64,000 bases of DNA. Origin: Styela clava (taxonomy: Eukaryota). The notes under the pieces are model-generated. The model did not search any database and was not told the DNA's origin. It saw nothing but the letters and a program-made list of their open reading frames with translations. A program made the translations under genes and the position numbers. Shown here one piece after another: positions 25,225 to 38,684 of this stretch (positions within the stretch are counted from its first letter, which is position 1; each line of letters opens with the position of its first letter). The stretch covers positions 620,001-684,000 of the forward strand of contig NC_135251.1 of the NCBI RefSeq assembly GCF_964204865.1, read 5' to 3'.

Positions 25225-25326
25225 ATATCACTTAGGATAGTTATATCTACTCTTGCTACAGCATCCTTGCAATATACGCATACGGATCCACCGGCACAAA
25301 AGCATAGAAGATGGATAAGTAGTTAG
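25225..25326 (+). repeat. Leader-module repeat copy
   Basis: SLRIVISTLATASLQYTHTDPPAQKHRR; gttagt donor-like end. Confidence 0.7.
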
Positions 25327-25934
25327 TCTCGCAGAAACCAAATTAGTCTAAATTGAAACTCCGTCTTTCTAAGTCCTTTTTGTCCTGTGGGCCGTAGAAG
25401 TGAAATTTAAGGGGTCAATTTTTACTTTTGGAAATTTCAAAATAAAAGTCGAAAAAATTCTTTTCGTGTATATATTTAAATTAGCAGAAGTTCACACTTA
25501 AAGAACCAGTTGCTTGAAGATCTTTGCATATTTTTATTATGTTTTTGTATTTTTTTGAGAAAATTTGCTCAGAACAAAGTCACGCCCACTCTGTCAGAAT
25601 AAATAGGTGGCTGATATCTGAGACAAGTTACTGGCGATCACTAAAAGGCCAAAAACGACTGAGATTACAATAAACTATATCATAGAGAGGCGTGGGGTAG
25701 TAATATTGGAAAATATATTGAAATATGTATGAAATCCTGCAAAAAATACTGTGAAATTAAGACTGATTTGTAGTTTTGTAAGCATTCGCAGTTCACTTCT
25801 CGTATTCAAAGCTTGCTTTTTTACATCATTAGTTTTTACTCAGAAATTGCTCGAAAATATAGTTTAATTCACGGCCAAGCGGTACATTCATGTAAGTATG
25901 CAGCAAGATCATTGTAACACATAGAATATTCATC

Positions 25935-26715
25935 ATTACTCTTGCTCGAGAATGCTCACTTTATATGCACATGCATCCACCAGCGAAAAAGAATAACCGA
26001 ATATTATTAGGAAATTAATAGGTAGTTCAGCAGAAAGACCTTTGTGTCGATGTGCAGTAGGACTCTGCATTATATGCATATGGATACACCAGTGCAAAAA
26101 CATAAGGATAACTAGTTGGGGCATGTATTTGTGTTAATTCGCACCAGGACTTTTTAATCACCTGGAATAATTCACTTTATTCTCGCACAGCATCTTTGCA
26201 TTGGCTCGGGTTTCAAATAGCGACTGTCATAATGGCGACTTCATATCGAGCGACTATCAAAACAGCAACTGCTATAATGGCGACCGCATTAAAACAGCGA
26301 CTGTTATGATAGCGTTATGGTTAGTCCAAATAAAATGTTGTTTTAAAGTCCCTTTTGGTTTCAATCTTTCACTACGCAGTGTTTGCCTGTTTGTGCGTGC
26401 ATACGTGTGTAGAGAGGTCCCTAACCCTAACACGAGTGAAGTCGCTATCATAACAGTCGCTGTTTTGATGCGGTCGCCATTATGACAGTCGCTACCCGGC
26501 CTGGATACCCTTTGCATTATAAACATATAGTGCCCCCAGTGCAAAAGAATAAAAGAGTAGTTGGAGCATATATTTGTGTTGGTGTGCAGCATAACTCTTG
26601 AATCACTTAGGATAGTCATCTTTACTGTTTCTACAGCATCTTTGCATTATACGCATATGGAGCCACCAGAGCAAAAGCATAGAAAAAGAACAAGTAGTAA
26701 TTTCGAAGATTCCTG
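25935..26715 (+). repeat. Tandem array (~4 units) of the leader module, one unit split by a MITE
   Basis: Recurring TGCATTATA.GCATATGGA..CACCAG.GCAAAA; last unit reads ITLESLRIVIFTVSTASLHYTHMEPPEQKHRKRTSSNFED. Confidence 0.75.
26203..26509. mobile_element. MITE with internal inverted repeats
   Basis: TSD (C)TTTGCATT; perfect 22-bp inverted repeat TAGCGACTGTCATAATGGCGAC; internal CCCTAACCCTAA. Confidence 0.85.
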
Positions 26716-26756
26716 ATTGACAACAGATCTAAATTTATTCTCCTGAGTTCAAACTA

Positions 26757-27038
26757 ATGATTTTGTTTTGCAAACTTGACGATTTGGAGAAAGTCGCTAA
26801 TGACAAAGAATATCAGTACCTTGTTGAAGTAGTTGTCACAAGATCAAGGTATCTAGTGGTTTATCGAATAAAAATCGATTTAATCTATTTCTCAAATATT
26901 TCAAACAATGAATTGTTGCGTAGAATGGTCACGAATCTCGTGCATGTCAGTAGAATATTTCATTTTTATCATGTTTTCTCTGTTTACGTTGGTGTAAAAC
27001 ATATACCTCACTTGTGCAGTTTGGTTTTGTTTTTTTAA
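26757..27038 (+). pseudogene. FGF18-like copy
   Basis: VSRIFHFYHVFSVYVGVKHI (cf. VSRKQLRLYQLYSRTSGKHI). Confidence 0.5.
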
Positions 27039-27417
27039 GATATAGAATTCCAGGGCTAATATGTGTTAATCACTTTATTGTTCGTGTTTCCACTGCTCAT
27101 GTATATGTCACCTATTAACTCAGTATAAACGTATAATTAGTAAATGCCCATAAACATAACCAAAGTAACTCTCAAGACACGCCAACTGGAATAAACCCTC
27201 AAGTACAGAGAGCATATGGCTACTTCACCTTCACAGCTGGTTGGTCATGATGAGTCGTCTCTAACTGATGACATCACAGGTCATGCTCAGCCAACTGGGA
27301 AAATGCTAGTTGCCAGAAATACAATAAAGTTACAGTTTAATTAAATCACTCACATGTATCACAATGCTCACAAGCTTATAATACGATTATAGATTATCTT
27401 GACTCAATAACAACAAC

Positions 27418-27620
27418 AACTTTGCAAAACGAAGCATGTCATTGCGGAGAATTTGAAATTGAAATGCATTACACCATATTCTTTCCGCAATCAGTTAAGG
27501 ACCTGGGACTTTGCTTTGAAAAAAAACTTAAGTTTTTTTAAAAATATGGCAAGGTTTCCTATAAACTTGCTTCAAATGCAAACCCTCGTGAACCTGCTGC
27601 AAAACACTGTTAATCCTTGA
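27418..27620 (+). pseudogene. FGF-like fragment
   Basis: NFA-KHV...FRNQLRTWDF. Confidence 0.4.
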
Positions 27621-28027
27621 AACCCGAAAGTTGAAACCGTGTAACGAAGTTCGATTATTATGTATAGAAATGTTTAGAAAACTCTGATACACGAGAAATC
27701 ATCGGAATTTTACTAAAACATGGTAAATACAGATTTGCTCAGTTATCTAGTATACATATAATATAGATCCACGAATTTGCTGGTTTATCAGCAAAACGTC
27801 GAATTTTGTTCTGGAAAGCGATGCGTAATGATTATTCGATTGACGTGAAAATGCAACTCAAATTTACGAATTGTCAAGGCTTAAAAGATCAAACCATTCC
27901 GTTCTCCGTAAATATTAGGTTGTGCGACATTATCGTTTCAAACTAAATTCTTATATTTTATTAATTTTGATCACAGATACGTTCTGAGGAAAACTACTTA
28001 GATTGTGCAGCCATTTAATACGATGGC

Positions 28028-28294
28028 CAGAGGCGTAGCCAGAAATTTTTGAATGGGGGGGGGGGGGGTTGAGGGGGGGTCTGAATTTTTTTTGCTAAGT
28101 TAGATTGAAACAGCTAGCGGGTCCGATCGAACGCTGGAATACGAGTGTTTTTATTAGTCTTGGGGTCTAAAAAGCATTTTAAGCTACGGAAAATTGCTAT
28201 CTATGATACAGAAAAATGATTTTATTTTTCTTACATTTCAAAAGGGGGGGGGGGGGGTTCGACCCGCAAAACTACCCCCCTGGCTACGCCATTG
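28028..28294. mobile_element. hAT MITE with poly-G tracts
   Basis: TIR CAGAGGCGTAGCCAG / CTGGCTACGCCATTG; perfect TSD ACGATGGC. Confidence 0.9.
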
Positions 28295-28382
28295 ACGATG
28301 GCTAGTAGTATAAGCATCGGGCTACGCTGGCATTGCAGCGGTTTCATTTTGCATTTATGTTAGCGTGCAGAAAGACTCTTGA

Positions 28383-28815
28383 ATGACATCACTAGTTATA
28401 TTCACTCTTATTTTAACAACCTTGCATTATTTACTTTGCCGCTACACAAGCGCAAGGGAATATATAAAGGATAAGTGGAAATCCAATTCATAACACCACT
28501 TTAAAGTTTACTAATCTGATGTGGTTTTCAACAAATTGAATGTAAGGCGTTTCCCTTGTGGTATTTATAACTATTTACATTAGCTCAATAAAAATTCCTT
28601 GATTTTGTAAGTTTTGTTAATAAGATAACAAGATGTTTATGGGTTGAAATGTCACGAGCTATGACATCTTGTTTATATCTCCGATGCTTCAAACATCAAC
28701 AGAAACGCAAATGTCCTCGAACGTAAACAACGTGATAAAGATCGCATGTTTTACTGAGAATTGTCTGAAATGGGAACATAACATTTTGTTATCAATTGGT
28801 TTTCCCAGAAAATAA
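28383..28815 (+). pseudogene. FGF-like copy with ATG leader
   Basis: MTSLVIFTLILTTLHYLLCRYTSA; VLERKQR..MFY*..G.*HFVI. Confidence 0.45.
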
Positions 28816-28925
28816 CTACTTTTACTTCTTCTATGGTTCTTGCGTTGGTGGATCCGTATCATACAACGCAAAGATGCTGTGGCAAGCGTGAAAATGAATA
28901 TTCTACGTAGCTCAAGGTATTTTTT
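28815..28925 (-). repeat. Leader-module repeat copy
   Basis: LELRRIFIFTLATASLR..DPP..HRRSK. Confidence 0.7.
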
Positions 28926-29204
28926 ACATATATTGACACAAATATATTTCTAGAGATGACAGCACATTTGAACCCATGTGTATATCTGCGGGTTCAATCT
29001 ATATGCGGGTGCTAAAATCCATGAGTTAGAGTTAGTTTGGGTTCAAATATCCTTAAAACAACAAAAAAAATAGTAGTAGTGTAATAGTATGCAGGTGCAA
29101 TTGTCGTGGGTTCAAATGTACGTTGGTTCAAATGTATTGGAACCATATTTCTTTCACGTTTTGTCTGATTGAAATCAGACTTCAGACAAACATTCCTGTC
29201 TTTA

Positions 29205-29560
29205 CAAAATTAGGCAGCTCTTTACTAAAAGTGTCTCGTTCGGAATGTATCCGCGTAAAAACGCGTATAAACATCCAAATCATCCAATTCTGGGATCATT
29301 TCGAAATCCTGAAATCGTTCACGAAATGTTTAAAAATACACTTTTTAATTTTCTATGACGATATGCCGTCGTCACGTTTACAAACCTTCTAGAAGCAAAA
29401 CATGGTTCGTCTGCAGTTTTTAAAATAAACCAATCACCAACGCGTATGAGAGAAAGGAAACTCAATGTGGTTCACCATGAAACAGTGTAGCAAAAAGGTT
29501 CCAATTTCGAAATTGCGCGGCTCAATAGGGCGAGAAAGATTCATTACGTGAACAGAGTTG
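29205..29560 (+). pseudogene. Intronless FGF-like copy
   Basis: KIRQLFTKS..GMYP; NFL*; VCSF*..NAY; RKIHYVNR. Confidence 0.55.
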
Positions 29561-30114
29561 AGAAGCAATCACATGACAAAGAGAAGACGGCCAATAAACG
29601 TAAGTCACTGAAGAAGTTATGAAAACATCCAAATAGACGCAACACGTTTTCAAAGCTAAATTACATTTGTAATGTTCCGCTCAGAACAAGGACCTGACGG
29701 AGCGTTTACTGGTCCAACCTGAAAACTACTAGGCCACAGCACTCGCAATGTTATTTTGGAATTCATGAATACTTCCGCAAGCCATATATGAGTGACGTAA
29801 ATCATACAAGGCGAGAAAAGGTTTCTAATTGCCTAATCCTACACGTTTATTGAAACCTAAACTTTCCGAATGTTGGGTGTGAGCTGAATCATAATTTCAA
29901 AATATCCGGAAAATTTGAATCCGAATTTATTTCTCCTTTTAAACGTCATCAGCCTGGCGTCAGGTCATTATGATTAGACAGCAATTTTATTCTCCTTTCA
30001 CAACTCTTAAGGAGTGGAGTTTTTCCAACATTTCGAAAGTTGAATGTTTTTATTGAAAAAGAATTTTAAATATTAATCGTTTCAAAAAAATGTTTCGCTT
30101 TTCTCCGCGACTGA

Positions 30115-30900
30115 TAAGACACCTAACTCAAGGTGCAATGAATTGGACAGGCTACGCCAAATCGGGAATATTCCATTCTTTCGGAAAGCGCTAGCTCCTT
30201 ACCTATCACTGGCGTTGGGTGATACATTCTTATAAACAAAAAAACACCTGAAATTGTATTATTCGGCTGTATTGTATTATGTATTGCTTACGCGCTTTAT
30301 ATGTTTATTTTATCGAGGTTGATGTTATGGCCATGGGATAAGAATCCTGGGACTTTAAACTGCGATGGATAATTAGCCTCGATGCCCTGACAGATATAGG
30401 CCGCCGCCGTTTTTATCAAAGGGTTTTACGCAAACCTTCTTTGTGCTATTCATAACCTTCTATGTCACCACGTACCGTCGCAATTATTCAAAGGAAGGAA
30501 TTGCGTAGGCAAAGGCGTTGTCAGTTCAAACAAATGTCAGATCATAAAAATAGCTTTCATTGAAATGAATTGAATCACCCAAGATTGCAGTTTCGTGCTC
30601 TTGTAGGAAATAGATCCATGAAACCAAGTTTAAATCGATTGCTAGGGCGTGGTGATGTTTTCAAAAAATTGATTAATTCATTTGTATTTTGCAGTAGATT
30701 GTATGATGACAATTGAGCATGAATTTAGAAATTATACCGAATTAATATAAACAATTGTGTAGGAGAGAAAAATGAAGGAGACGTAGTGGGTAAGAGTGAA
30801 GTATTAATTATCGAAAATGATTTCTGAACGGTCCTGAACGCCAAGATTGCCAAAATTTTGATATTGCACCCAAGCAGGTGTAAATTCTCTTTAATAGTCG
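30115..30900 (+). pseudogene. FGF17-like copy plus terminal exon from ~30695
   Basis: RHLTQGAM, NREYSILS, PYLSL, FIEVD..G-IRILGL*T; after ttttgcag DCMMT......NYTEL. Confidence 0.65.
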
Positions 30901-31543
30901 CTTTTACAGGTCCATTTTCCACTTTTGGTTGATTTGGGGTGCGGTCGAGCAAATTTGCAATAATAAATAATCACAAATAAATCTTTTTTCAAGCAAGACC
31001 TATTTTTCATATTTATAGAAGTGTGACAAGATCGCATAGTTTCGTCATAGAGTCATCCATTTGTTACCGCATAATGTCATCAAAATGTTCCTAATTCCCG
31101 CGGGCGGGAAAATAAACCAAATATAGTGTCGGAACAAATTATAAATATCTCACCTAAACATACGATTATGAGATAATAATGAGCTAACGACACCGCTATC
31201 AGGGAGGGGTGAATGGTTGTATTTTTAGTAAAAATATACAAATGATTTCATGTCTGAGGTCGTTAAGTTGATTGGCGTTTGCCTAGTCTAAGGCGATAAA
31301 ACAAACTTTATTACCCTTTACTCATGATTTATTTTTACTGGCTGGAATAAATAAACTTGACTAGTCAACTTCCTAAAATTTTCAAATCGATTCACATCAA
31401 CAATCATGTATATATAGAAATTTATAAAAAAGTTAAGCGAGTGAAAGCGTCGTTGAAAACTATTTTGTGTTGCCGATCTGCGGTTGCTCGCGGAACGTAT
31501 GTCATTACTGACTTCAATGCAACGATATTAGGAAAATACAGAA

Positions 31544-32680
31544 ACGGAACTATGGTGTAAAATTACTCTGATTGTTATGTGTTACTCTGTGCGTAATCAG
31601 TAATGTATTTCTTCACTAGGCTGAAAGTACGAACTATACATACACAAATGGAAGAAAATATAAGAAAAAATCGAATTCCAGGGTGAAAAGAGACGCCGAA
31701 AATCAATACTTGGTGAAGTCTAACAGAAACGTGAGTAATAGAATAAAATCGAAATAAATTTGTTATTTAATAAATAAAATAAAAAAGCATGCGTCACGGG
31801 GGTCGTTTGAATGTATGAGACGTGTACGCTTCATAACACATCTATTTGTAACCCTGTAGTTAGGAGTTACAATTGCTCAAAATTTTGACTGTTTGATAAC
31901 CAACTTCCTTTCCCTAGCAAAACCTTTGTTTCTCGAGATTTGTGTATGATTGATTTTTGCTGGTTTGAAAAATAAACTTGTCAGCTTTCTCAAAGCTCGC
32001 AATCCGATTTGCAATATCAATCATGAACAGAAACATCGGGTTCTTCTTGAGATTTATCCTAACAAGTTCAGTGAGTGTATACGAACGTGGATAACTGTTT
32101 TGTGTTGCCAAAAATTGATTGGCTTGCAGCAAGGATGTTATAAACGACGAAAATTATCTGAAAAACCAAATTTCCTGTGCACTGTCATTCAACAGTAAAA
32201 CTATTTGATTTCATTTTTCTCGTAGTTTGGGTCGAAATAATTTTTTTATTGACCTGTTCGATTTGCAATATCAAGCAGTTGCCCTACATCTAACCATACG
32301 CCGCAATTCATGACCGGATTTGTTGAAAAATATAAACTTAAGTTGACTGGTCAACTTTTCAAAGTTACAAACTAATTTGCAATATCAATCATATGTTCTA
32401 TTCATAGACCGCAGTCGATGACGCGATTTGTGTACAGTTGACCTTGTTTGTTTATACTTTATATCGGAAGGATCTATTGCCTCATCCGATTACATCACGG
32501 CACTCCCGGATTATGTTCCTTGACTCATTCGCCACACACGCGTGCCGGAATTGATGCTTATTAACATGGTTCGACAGGTAGAAGATATTGCGGTGTTTGG
32601 GCGGGTGAAACTGTTCCCACACTGTTATTTATGACGAATTTCAGGTCGTGTCCTTTGTACCCGCCACTCACAGCGATGGA
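31544..32680 (+). pseudogene. Multi-exon FGF-like pseudogene
   Basis: Degenerate leader, AESTNYTYTN..SRVKR|DA..|gtgagt (31620-31730); exon from 31918: FSRFVYD..IMNRNIGFFL-EIYPN..KLI..NFLC; exon from 32408: PCLF..DYITAL..LFM. Confidence 0.7.
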
Positions 32681-32964
32681 GTCGAAGAAAAATGCGTCTC
32701 AAACCTAGCCAACTAAAAAGACCAAAACTACGGTGGCAAAAAAGTCGACACCAACATAAATAATATTTTTTAGGAACTTTAGGAAAGTTTATGTAACTCA
32801 CAACCCCAAAGCTGATTTCAGGATTGCATTGACCTGGCTGCTTCAAGGTTCAAATGTTGAGGCATGGGATATTCAAAAAAATATATAAGCAGAGCGATTG
32901 GAATCATTACGTACTGATAATTTGCAATCGATTACCCTATTGGTAGCGGCGAAAATCGATTTTT

Positions 32965-33420
32965 TTTTCAAGAACAACAATCGCTTGAACAAAAATTATC
33001 AAAACAAACCACATGTACAATTCGTTTCCCGTCATTGAGTTTCGTGGACGTTTAATTAATTGTTAGTGCGTTAGTTGGCAATCTTGGCTCAATATATTTG
33101 TTCGAATTTATATTTGTGATTATTCTAAATCATTTCAAAACAGCCATTGTTTAGTTTAACTCGAGCAAAGATCTCATTCGAATGTGCCAAATTCATCTTT
33201 GTCGACGTAAATTTTACAGGTGAAAAAATATATGTATTTAACACAAATGGGCTTTCAGCTTCATATCATTACACGATCAAATATTGGCGTTGATCATATT
33301 GCAACATTACAGGGGTTTCTTCATAAATGTTATTTCGTTCTTACTGCAAAGGAGTCTGTCTGCTTGTTAGCTATGCGTTGAAATTTTGGCATTGTTACGT
33401 GCCGCAAATATATAGTTATG
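32965..33420 (+). pseudogene. FGF8-like copy
   Basis: EQQSLEQKLSKQTTCTIRFPS; CAKFIFVDVNFTGEKIYV; VCLL..CRKY. Confidence 0.55.
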
Positions 33421-33850
33421 TGCTATCAACGCAATCAATTTTAAAAATATACATTTACATCAAAATTTAATTTTTGTAGTTTGAAAAAAGAATTTACTTT
33501 GAACTTGAGAAAATAAGGTCTTGACCTGGGAGTAACTTAGACAACATCTTTGTTTATAATTAAGGAAGGGTTTGCGTTAAGCAGAACTAAATCAAGGGAA
33601 GAGATAAATAGCAGTTGGTGACACAAATTGAACCAAATCGGACACTCCTATGTGAATAGGCATAAAGATCAATATCACTTACCAAGAGGCTCTTTGTCCC
33701 TTCAAAATAAACTTCAACGAATTTTAACAAATGTCACAAGATTTTTTGATGAAGGATTAGCGTTTCAAACACCCGTGACCACCCAAGTCATAAATATTGA
33801 ATCGAAGCAAAGTTAGCAAACAAAACAAGTTCAAATTAAAAAAAAAAACT

Positions 33851-33935
33851 GTGGGCACGATGGCTTGGTGTTTGAAGCGTTAGATTTATGTTGCGCTATA
33901 CATCGCGGGTGAAAAATCTCGGATTCAACTCCCAT
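33851..33935 (+). mobile_element. tRNA-derived SINE head (similar at ~915-966 on - strand)
   Basis: A-box-like TGGCTTGGTG and B-box-like GGATTCAACTCCC; no intact cloverleaf. Confidence 0.45.
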
Positions 33936-34000
33936 GCCCTCACCTAACCCAGGGTGTAATAAATAGACAACGCTAATCACTAAAATCCCATCTCTTAGTG

Positions 34001-34462
34001 CATGGGGTCGGCGAACTTTTGTCGCTCGCGGGCCAAAATTAAAGGTTGCAAGTCATTGGCGGGCCGCACATATTTTTAGAAAGTTTAAAACCAAACGGAA
34101 GGACGATGAATCACATTTTTTCACACAGATCAGAAGTTGGATTTTAAGCAGCCCACGATAACTGACTAATTGAATATTTTCTGTGCAATTAAATCATTTG
34201 CACTTAGCATCAACTTTTCTGCATTCTGTTGCCATTTGTCCAGTTATAATTAAATTATAGGCTCAATAAACGAGTACTTGAGAATTATATACTTGTTAGA
34301 TTATAATATAATTTAGTCGACACGTGTCTCACTCACAATAAATTCTGTTACGTGGAGAATATAATCGCCTTCACAGCTGTTTTGTTAATATAATCCAGTG
34401 AAGCGTCGCGGGCCTGATTATATTGCTCCGCGGGCCGGATCGCCGTAGTTTGTCGACCCCTG
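34001..34462. mobile_element. hAT-like MITE
   Basis: TIR CATGGGGTCGGCGAAC / GTTTGTCGACCCCTG; multiple CGCGGGCC sub-terminal motifs. Confidence 0.75.
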
Positions 34463-34679
34463 CCTAAGAAACTATAATACCTTCACAACAGTGGCTATTC
34501 TTACAAAGCTTTGTTCGCAGTGAAAGATGTATTATGAATGCTGGTGGTTTGAAGATTCAAATACTCGCGGATCACCCACACCTCACAGATATCAAATGAA
34601 CTGAAACTGAAGGTTCATGTGACCGATCGATCTTTGGTTGAGTTTTTTTTTATAAATATCGATCTCTGTTTGATAATTT

Positions 34680-35285
34680 TCAAATAATTTTATTCAAACT
34701 GTTTTTGACTTCAATTTTGATGCATGTCTGAATAATATTTTAATTCCTTTCAAACTCCTCTTTTTTAACACATGTTTTTGTAAATCGGACTGGTAATTGA
34801 CAACATAAGTTTTTATAATTCCATTCAAATACTTTTCATTTTATTTTAAATAATTTTGATACATAATCTTGCAAATCAAATCATTGTTAAAATTCAAAAA
34901 GATTACTTTATACAAAATGTCTGAATTAATGTCTAACCTACTTTTAAGCAGTATAAATATACAGCATATGAATTTTATTACGGAGCGTTCAATTTTTTTA
35001 TTCAAATCTTCTGTTTACTTAGTTTTGATACGTGCTTTTGTGAATCAGGTTAAATTGATGAATTTAAAAATTATTCGATATGAATATAAAATCTTTGGAT
35101 TAATGTCAAGCTAGCTTATATTTTATTGAATCGGAGTTTTTTCTTCACAAATGGATTATTGAGCGTCCATTTTTAAAATAACTTCATTTTTTTCTTTAAT
35201 TTTGACACATATTCTTGTAAATCGAGTTAAATTGTTGAAACGTAACTCAGTACAAATTTGAAATGTCCGAATTAATGTCTGACGC
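34680..35285. repeat. Degenerate AT-rich tandem repeat
   Basis: Recurring TTTTGA(T/C)AC.T.(T/C)TT(G)T.AATC..TTAAATTG unit, about 4 copies. Confidence 0.5.
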
Positions 35286-35459
35286 AACTACTTTTATGTT
35301 TGTAGACGGAATTATAAGATAACGAATAAAGATAACATTATTTCGAAAGCATACATTTTGTAGTTATAATTAAAATGAATAAATCACTAAAAACCATCAG
35401 ATAATTTTTTAGTATAATCATCGCTTTGATATTACAAAACCACTCAAAAGTGTTTCTTA

Positions 35460-36110
35460 GAAAACTTCGAGCGCAAATATAAACTATAGGTTTAAAAATG
35501 TCAACCCTTTTACCAATGTGTCGCTCATTTATTGATATTTATCTTATTAGACATTACTGTGTTGTGGCTATAAATAATTTTCGGGTTGCCTTTACAGATC
35601 AAGAAATGAATTTTATATCATTGGACACAAAATACGTTTGGATCCTTTTATTGTTTTTGCATTTCGCCGCAACTAATGGACAATCTATTTTAAAATTTCA
35701 GAACTTGAAAATATGGTTTAAAGTGCCATGAATATATTACTCTTGAAGAAACAATAAAATAATTACATACACGTGGATCTTACTGCTAATCTGTTGTTGT
35801 TAACAAAACTTTTCTCTCCAACTAATGACCGATTAATGTCAAATTTTACACATTAAAAAATGAGTAAAACAGCCGGATAGATTTACTTTTTTATGTTATT
35901 TTTTTCAATTTTTCTTCAACTTTCTCGGTGCTTTTTTGTTTCTCCTGAAATTTTTCTGTTATATTTTAACTCATGAAAACACTTTTATATGGCATTCGAA
36001 CTTTTTGTCCAAATATCTGAGCATTGCTATCTTACTGTTGGGCCTTCTCATTTATATATAGGGTTTTCTACACAAAGGATTACGATTCCCCAACCCCTAT
36101 GAAGAATATT
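35460..36110 (+). pseudogene. FGF-like copy
   Basis: ENFERKY; YLIRHYCVV; GQSILKFQ; LFVQI..CY..LYIGFSTQ. Confidence 0.55.
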
Positions 36111-36439
36111 TTGAGCCAGGGGTGTGCAATCTTTAATACAGAAAGGCCAAATAAAAATGCCTGGGTAAAACCGCGGGCCGCTCCTTTATTTAACATAAGC
36201 TTTCTAGTAGTTGCCTGAACAACATTTAGGACATTGTAACTTCAAAGATAATAATAGACATGGATAATAATTGAACTCAGGTACATGCTTCGCAACGCAA
36301 ACGAATTGGATTCATTCGCACGTACCAGATTAAACCAAATTAAAAAATTTGTTTTGTGAGCTGCACACGATTCAAAATTGGCACTTTTCCGAGTTTTTCT
36401 TGGCATTCGCCTCACGAATTATTTTTGTTGTATTTTAGG

Positions 36440-36630
36440 AGAAACTAGTTCTTTAATATTTTCTCCACCAAATATAGCAGATAAACTAGGTTCGATTTCT
36501 ATGAAAAACTTTCCGTGCAAAGCAAAGATATTTGCCAGAATTAATTGTATGGTTCCGTGCAAAGTTAGAGTGCAATTTGGTATATATGCAGCAGATAACA
36601 GATATTTCGGAGAATAGAAAAGTTCAGAAA
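36440..36630 (+). pseudogene. FGF-like exon fragment
   Basis: Acceptor, SPPN, KVRVQFGIYAADNRYF. Confidence 0.4.
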
Positions 36631-36699
36631 CCGATTCAAAATCTGATAATCAGTAACATTATAATTTATTGAATCTGATTGACATCTGAACGAAAATAC

Positions 36700-37482
36700 T
36701 TGCAGGTATTCTAGGCATTTATGAGTTATTCTGCGCTTGTCCTATAATGAAACTTAACGGCTGCTGGGTGAAAAATCAATAGCTGGTATCATTGTATTTA
36801 GAAGTTTTGTACAAGGCTCAGTCTAAGTTGGACAATCTAAACCAGGGTGGTCCAAGATTGGCAACTCCGCGGGCCACAAAATTACTTTTGCATTGTTCGC
36901 GGGCCACAATAGTGCCAAAAACTTTGCTTGTTTAACTTCGCTAGTTGCCTCAGCAAGCCATAACACTAGTCAATTCAGTAACATTAGTGATGCAACAATA
37001 TGTCAAAAGATTTTTTGGTTAATTTTATGACGAAACAACACGAAATGCGATTTTTTGATTTCTCTTCGAATGCTATGCGGGCCACAGATAAAGGTGGGGC
37101 GGGCCACATGTGGCCCGCGAGTCTGGGTTTGGACCATCCTGATTTAGACCTTGCGAAGTATTTGAGTATTGTTGCAATCACTGTGTTAAGTCTCATTTGC
37201 CGTTAGTTGATGAGAAGTCCGATCCCTTCCATTTAGATGAATAAAATCACTTCAAGCCCAGCTCCAGCTTTCCCATCAATTGAGTTAGATTCAAAGTTTT
37301 GCATTTTCGTTAGCAACAAAGCCGATTCTGGATAGGCAATTACACGCTCTCAGAAGTCGGACATAGATTAAAACAGAAGTCTTTGTAATTTTGACCCTAT
37401 ATGCTATTTTTTGGAATGATTCAACGTCGTTATTTGCGTAGGAGAAGGGGAAGAAACGTCTATCCTCGACCTTATTACGCAT
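36700..37482 (-). pseudogene. FGF8-like copy interrupted by a MITE
   Basis: VESFQKI..RLLRACNCLSRIGFV (cf. RLIRTYQLYSRTSG), QMRL..KY; beyond the MITE Y*FFTQ. Confidence 0.55.
36843..37141. mobile_element. hAT MITE
   Basis: TIR CAGGGTGGTCCAA / TTGGACCATCCTG; TSD ATCTAAAC/ATTTAGAC. Confidence 0.85.
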
Positions 37483-38684
37483 AAATTTTATTCAAGATGT
37501 TTAAAAGTCTTTTCGCAAATATTTTTCTGTAAAGTTTTGATAACTCAAATACTTGAATACCCCCAAGACTATTTAAACACGGGGCCCATTGTCATTATTC
37601 ACGCTTTCGTCAGCCCCAAAACATAAACGATAAGCAGTTGGTGTAACACAAACATCCGATTGGCGCATAAATCTTTTATTTACCAAGCATAAATTTCAGC
37701 GTGATTTTCTGAGAAAAAGTTCAAAGAAATATTTATGAAGTGAATAAAACAGATTGACATTTTATAAATTGCAAATCAGTGTTTGATCTTTGCAATCTGT
37801 TCATCTGATTAAATTCTTGTCAAAGTCTTCTTGTATGATTAACATTCGTCGTATGTCAGTTTGACAGGCATTTTGATAAAATGTTACTTCAATTACGGAT
37901 TTATAATTTAAGTTGACCTGTCAAAACTTGCTCTAATCAGTTTTTATTAACGGGTAATGCACTAGTAATTTTAAATAGTATTTTTGCAGAAAAAAAAATT
38001 TAGGTAAAAGGTTATTTCAAGAATTTCAGTTTTGCGAATTCTCTATATCATAACTGTTTTTCTGGTCGTATTGACGTATCGAAGTGCTAACGTCAATCAG
38101 TATTCACCAACACAAAATTCACCGCTATAATATTATTTATTTTGACGTCATTTTTATTAAATCATTTTGTCGTATAGTTGCTTAACATACAACAATTGGT
38201 TGCTTGGTAAAAATTGATGTAAATGATGTTCTTTTAGAAATACAATCAGGTTAGAGACTTGACATCAAAATAAAATATGATGAAGTAAAATAACCCCAAG
38301 AATCACACATTAAGGTAAACTATTTTCCATATATTATGAAAGTCGTACGAATATCATTGCTAGCTTCATCCGAATGGAATTTCGTGACGCAGGTAATGCG
38401 ATAACAAAATGAATGTTGTATGAATGAAACGTTGCGTGGAGAAACTTGCAAATCTTTCGGTTCACAGCCTCCAATACGCTATCTTTCCTCTTGTACATGA
38501 AGGTTAACCGCTTTGTTTTGAGAAAATTTGTATATAAAAAAACGCTGCTCCCGTTTATTAACTGAACATAGTATGTGTACCAGGTTAGGGTTGTTCAGGT
38601 TGTGCGTCATCTTGGTACGAATACTTCCGGAGCGCCAAAAAAACAATCTTGAATCCAATTATTAGGATTCTTATGGCGTTGTGG

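Noticed and set aside
26420-26432. Telomeric CCCTAA repeats (also TTAGGG near 39222)
   Set aside because: Only two units, internal to MITEs.
33851-33935. tRNA gene
   Set aside because: Only degenerate A/B boxes and no full cloverleaf; SINE-like.
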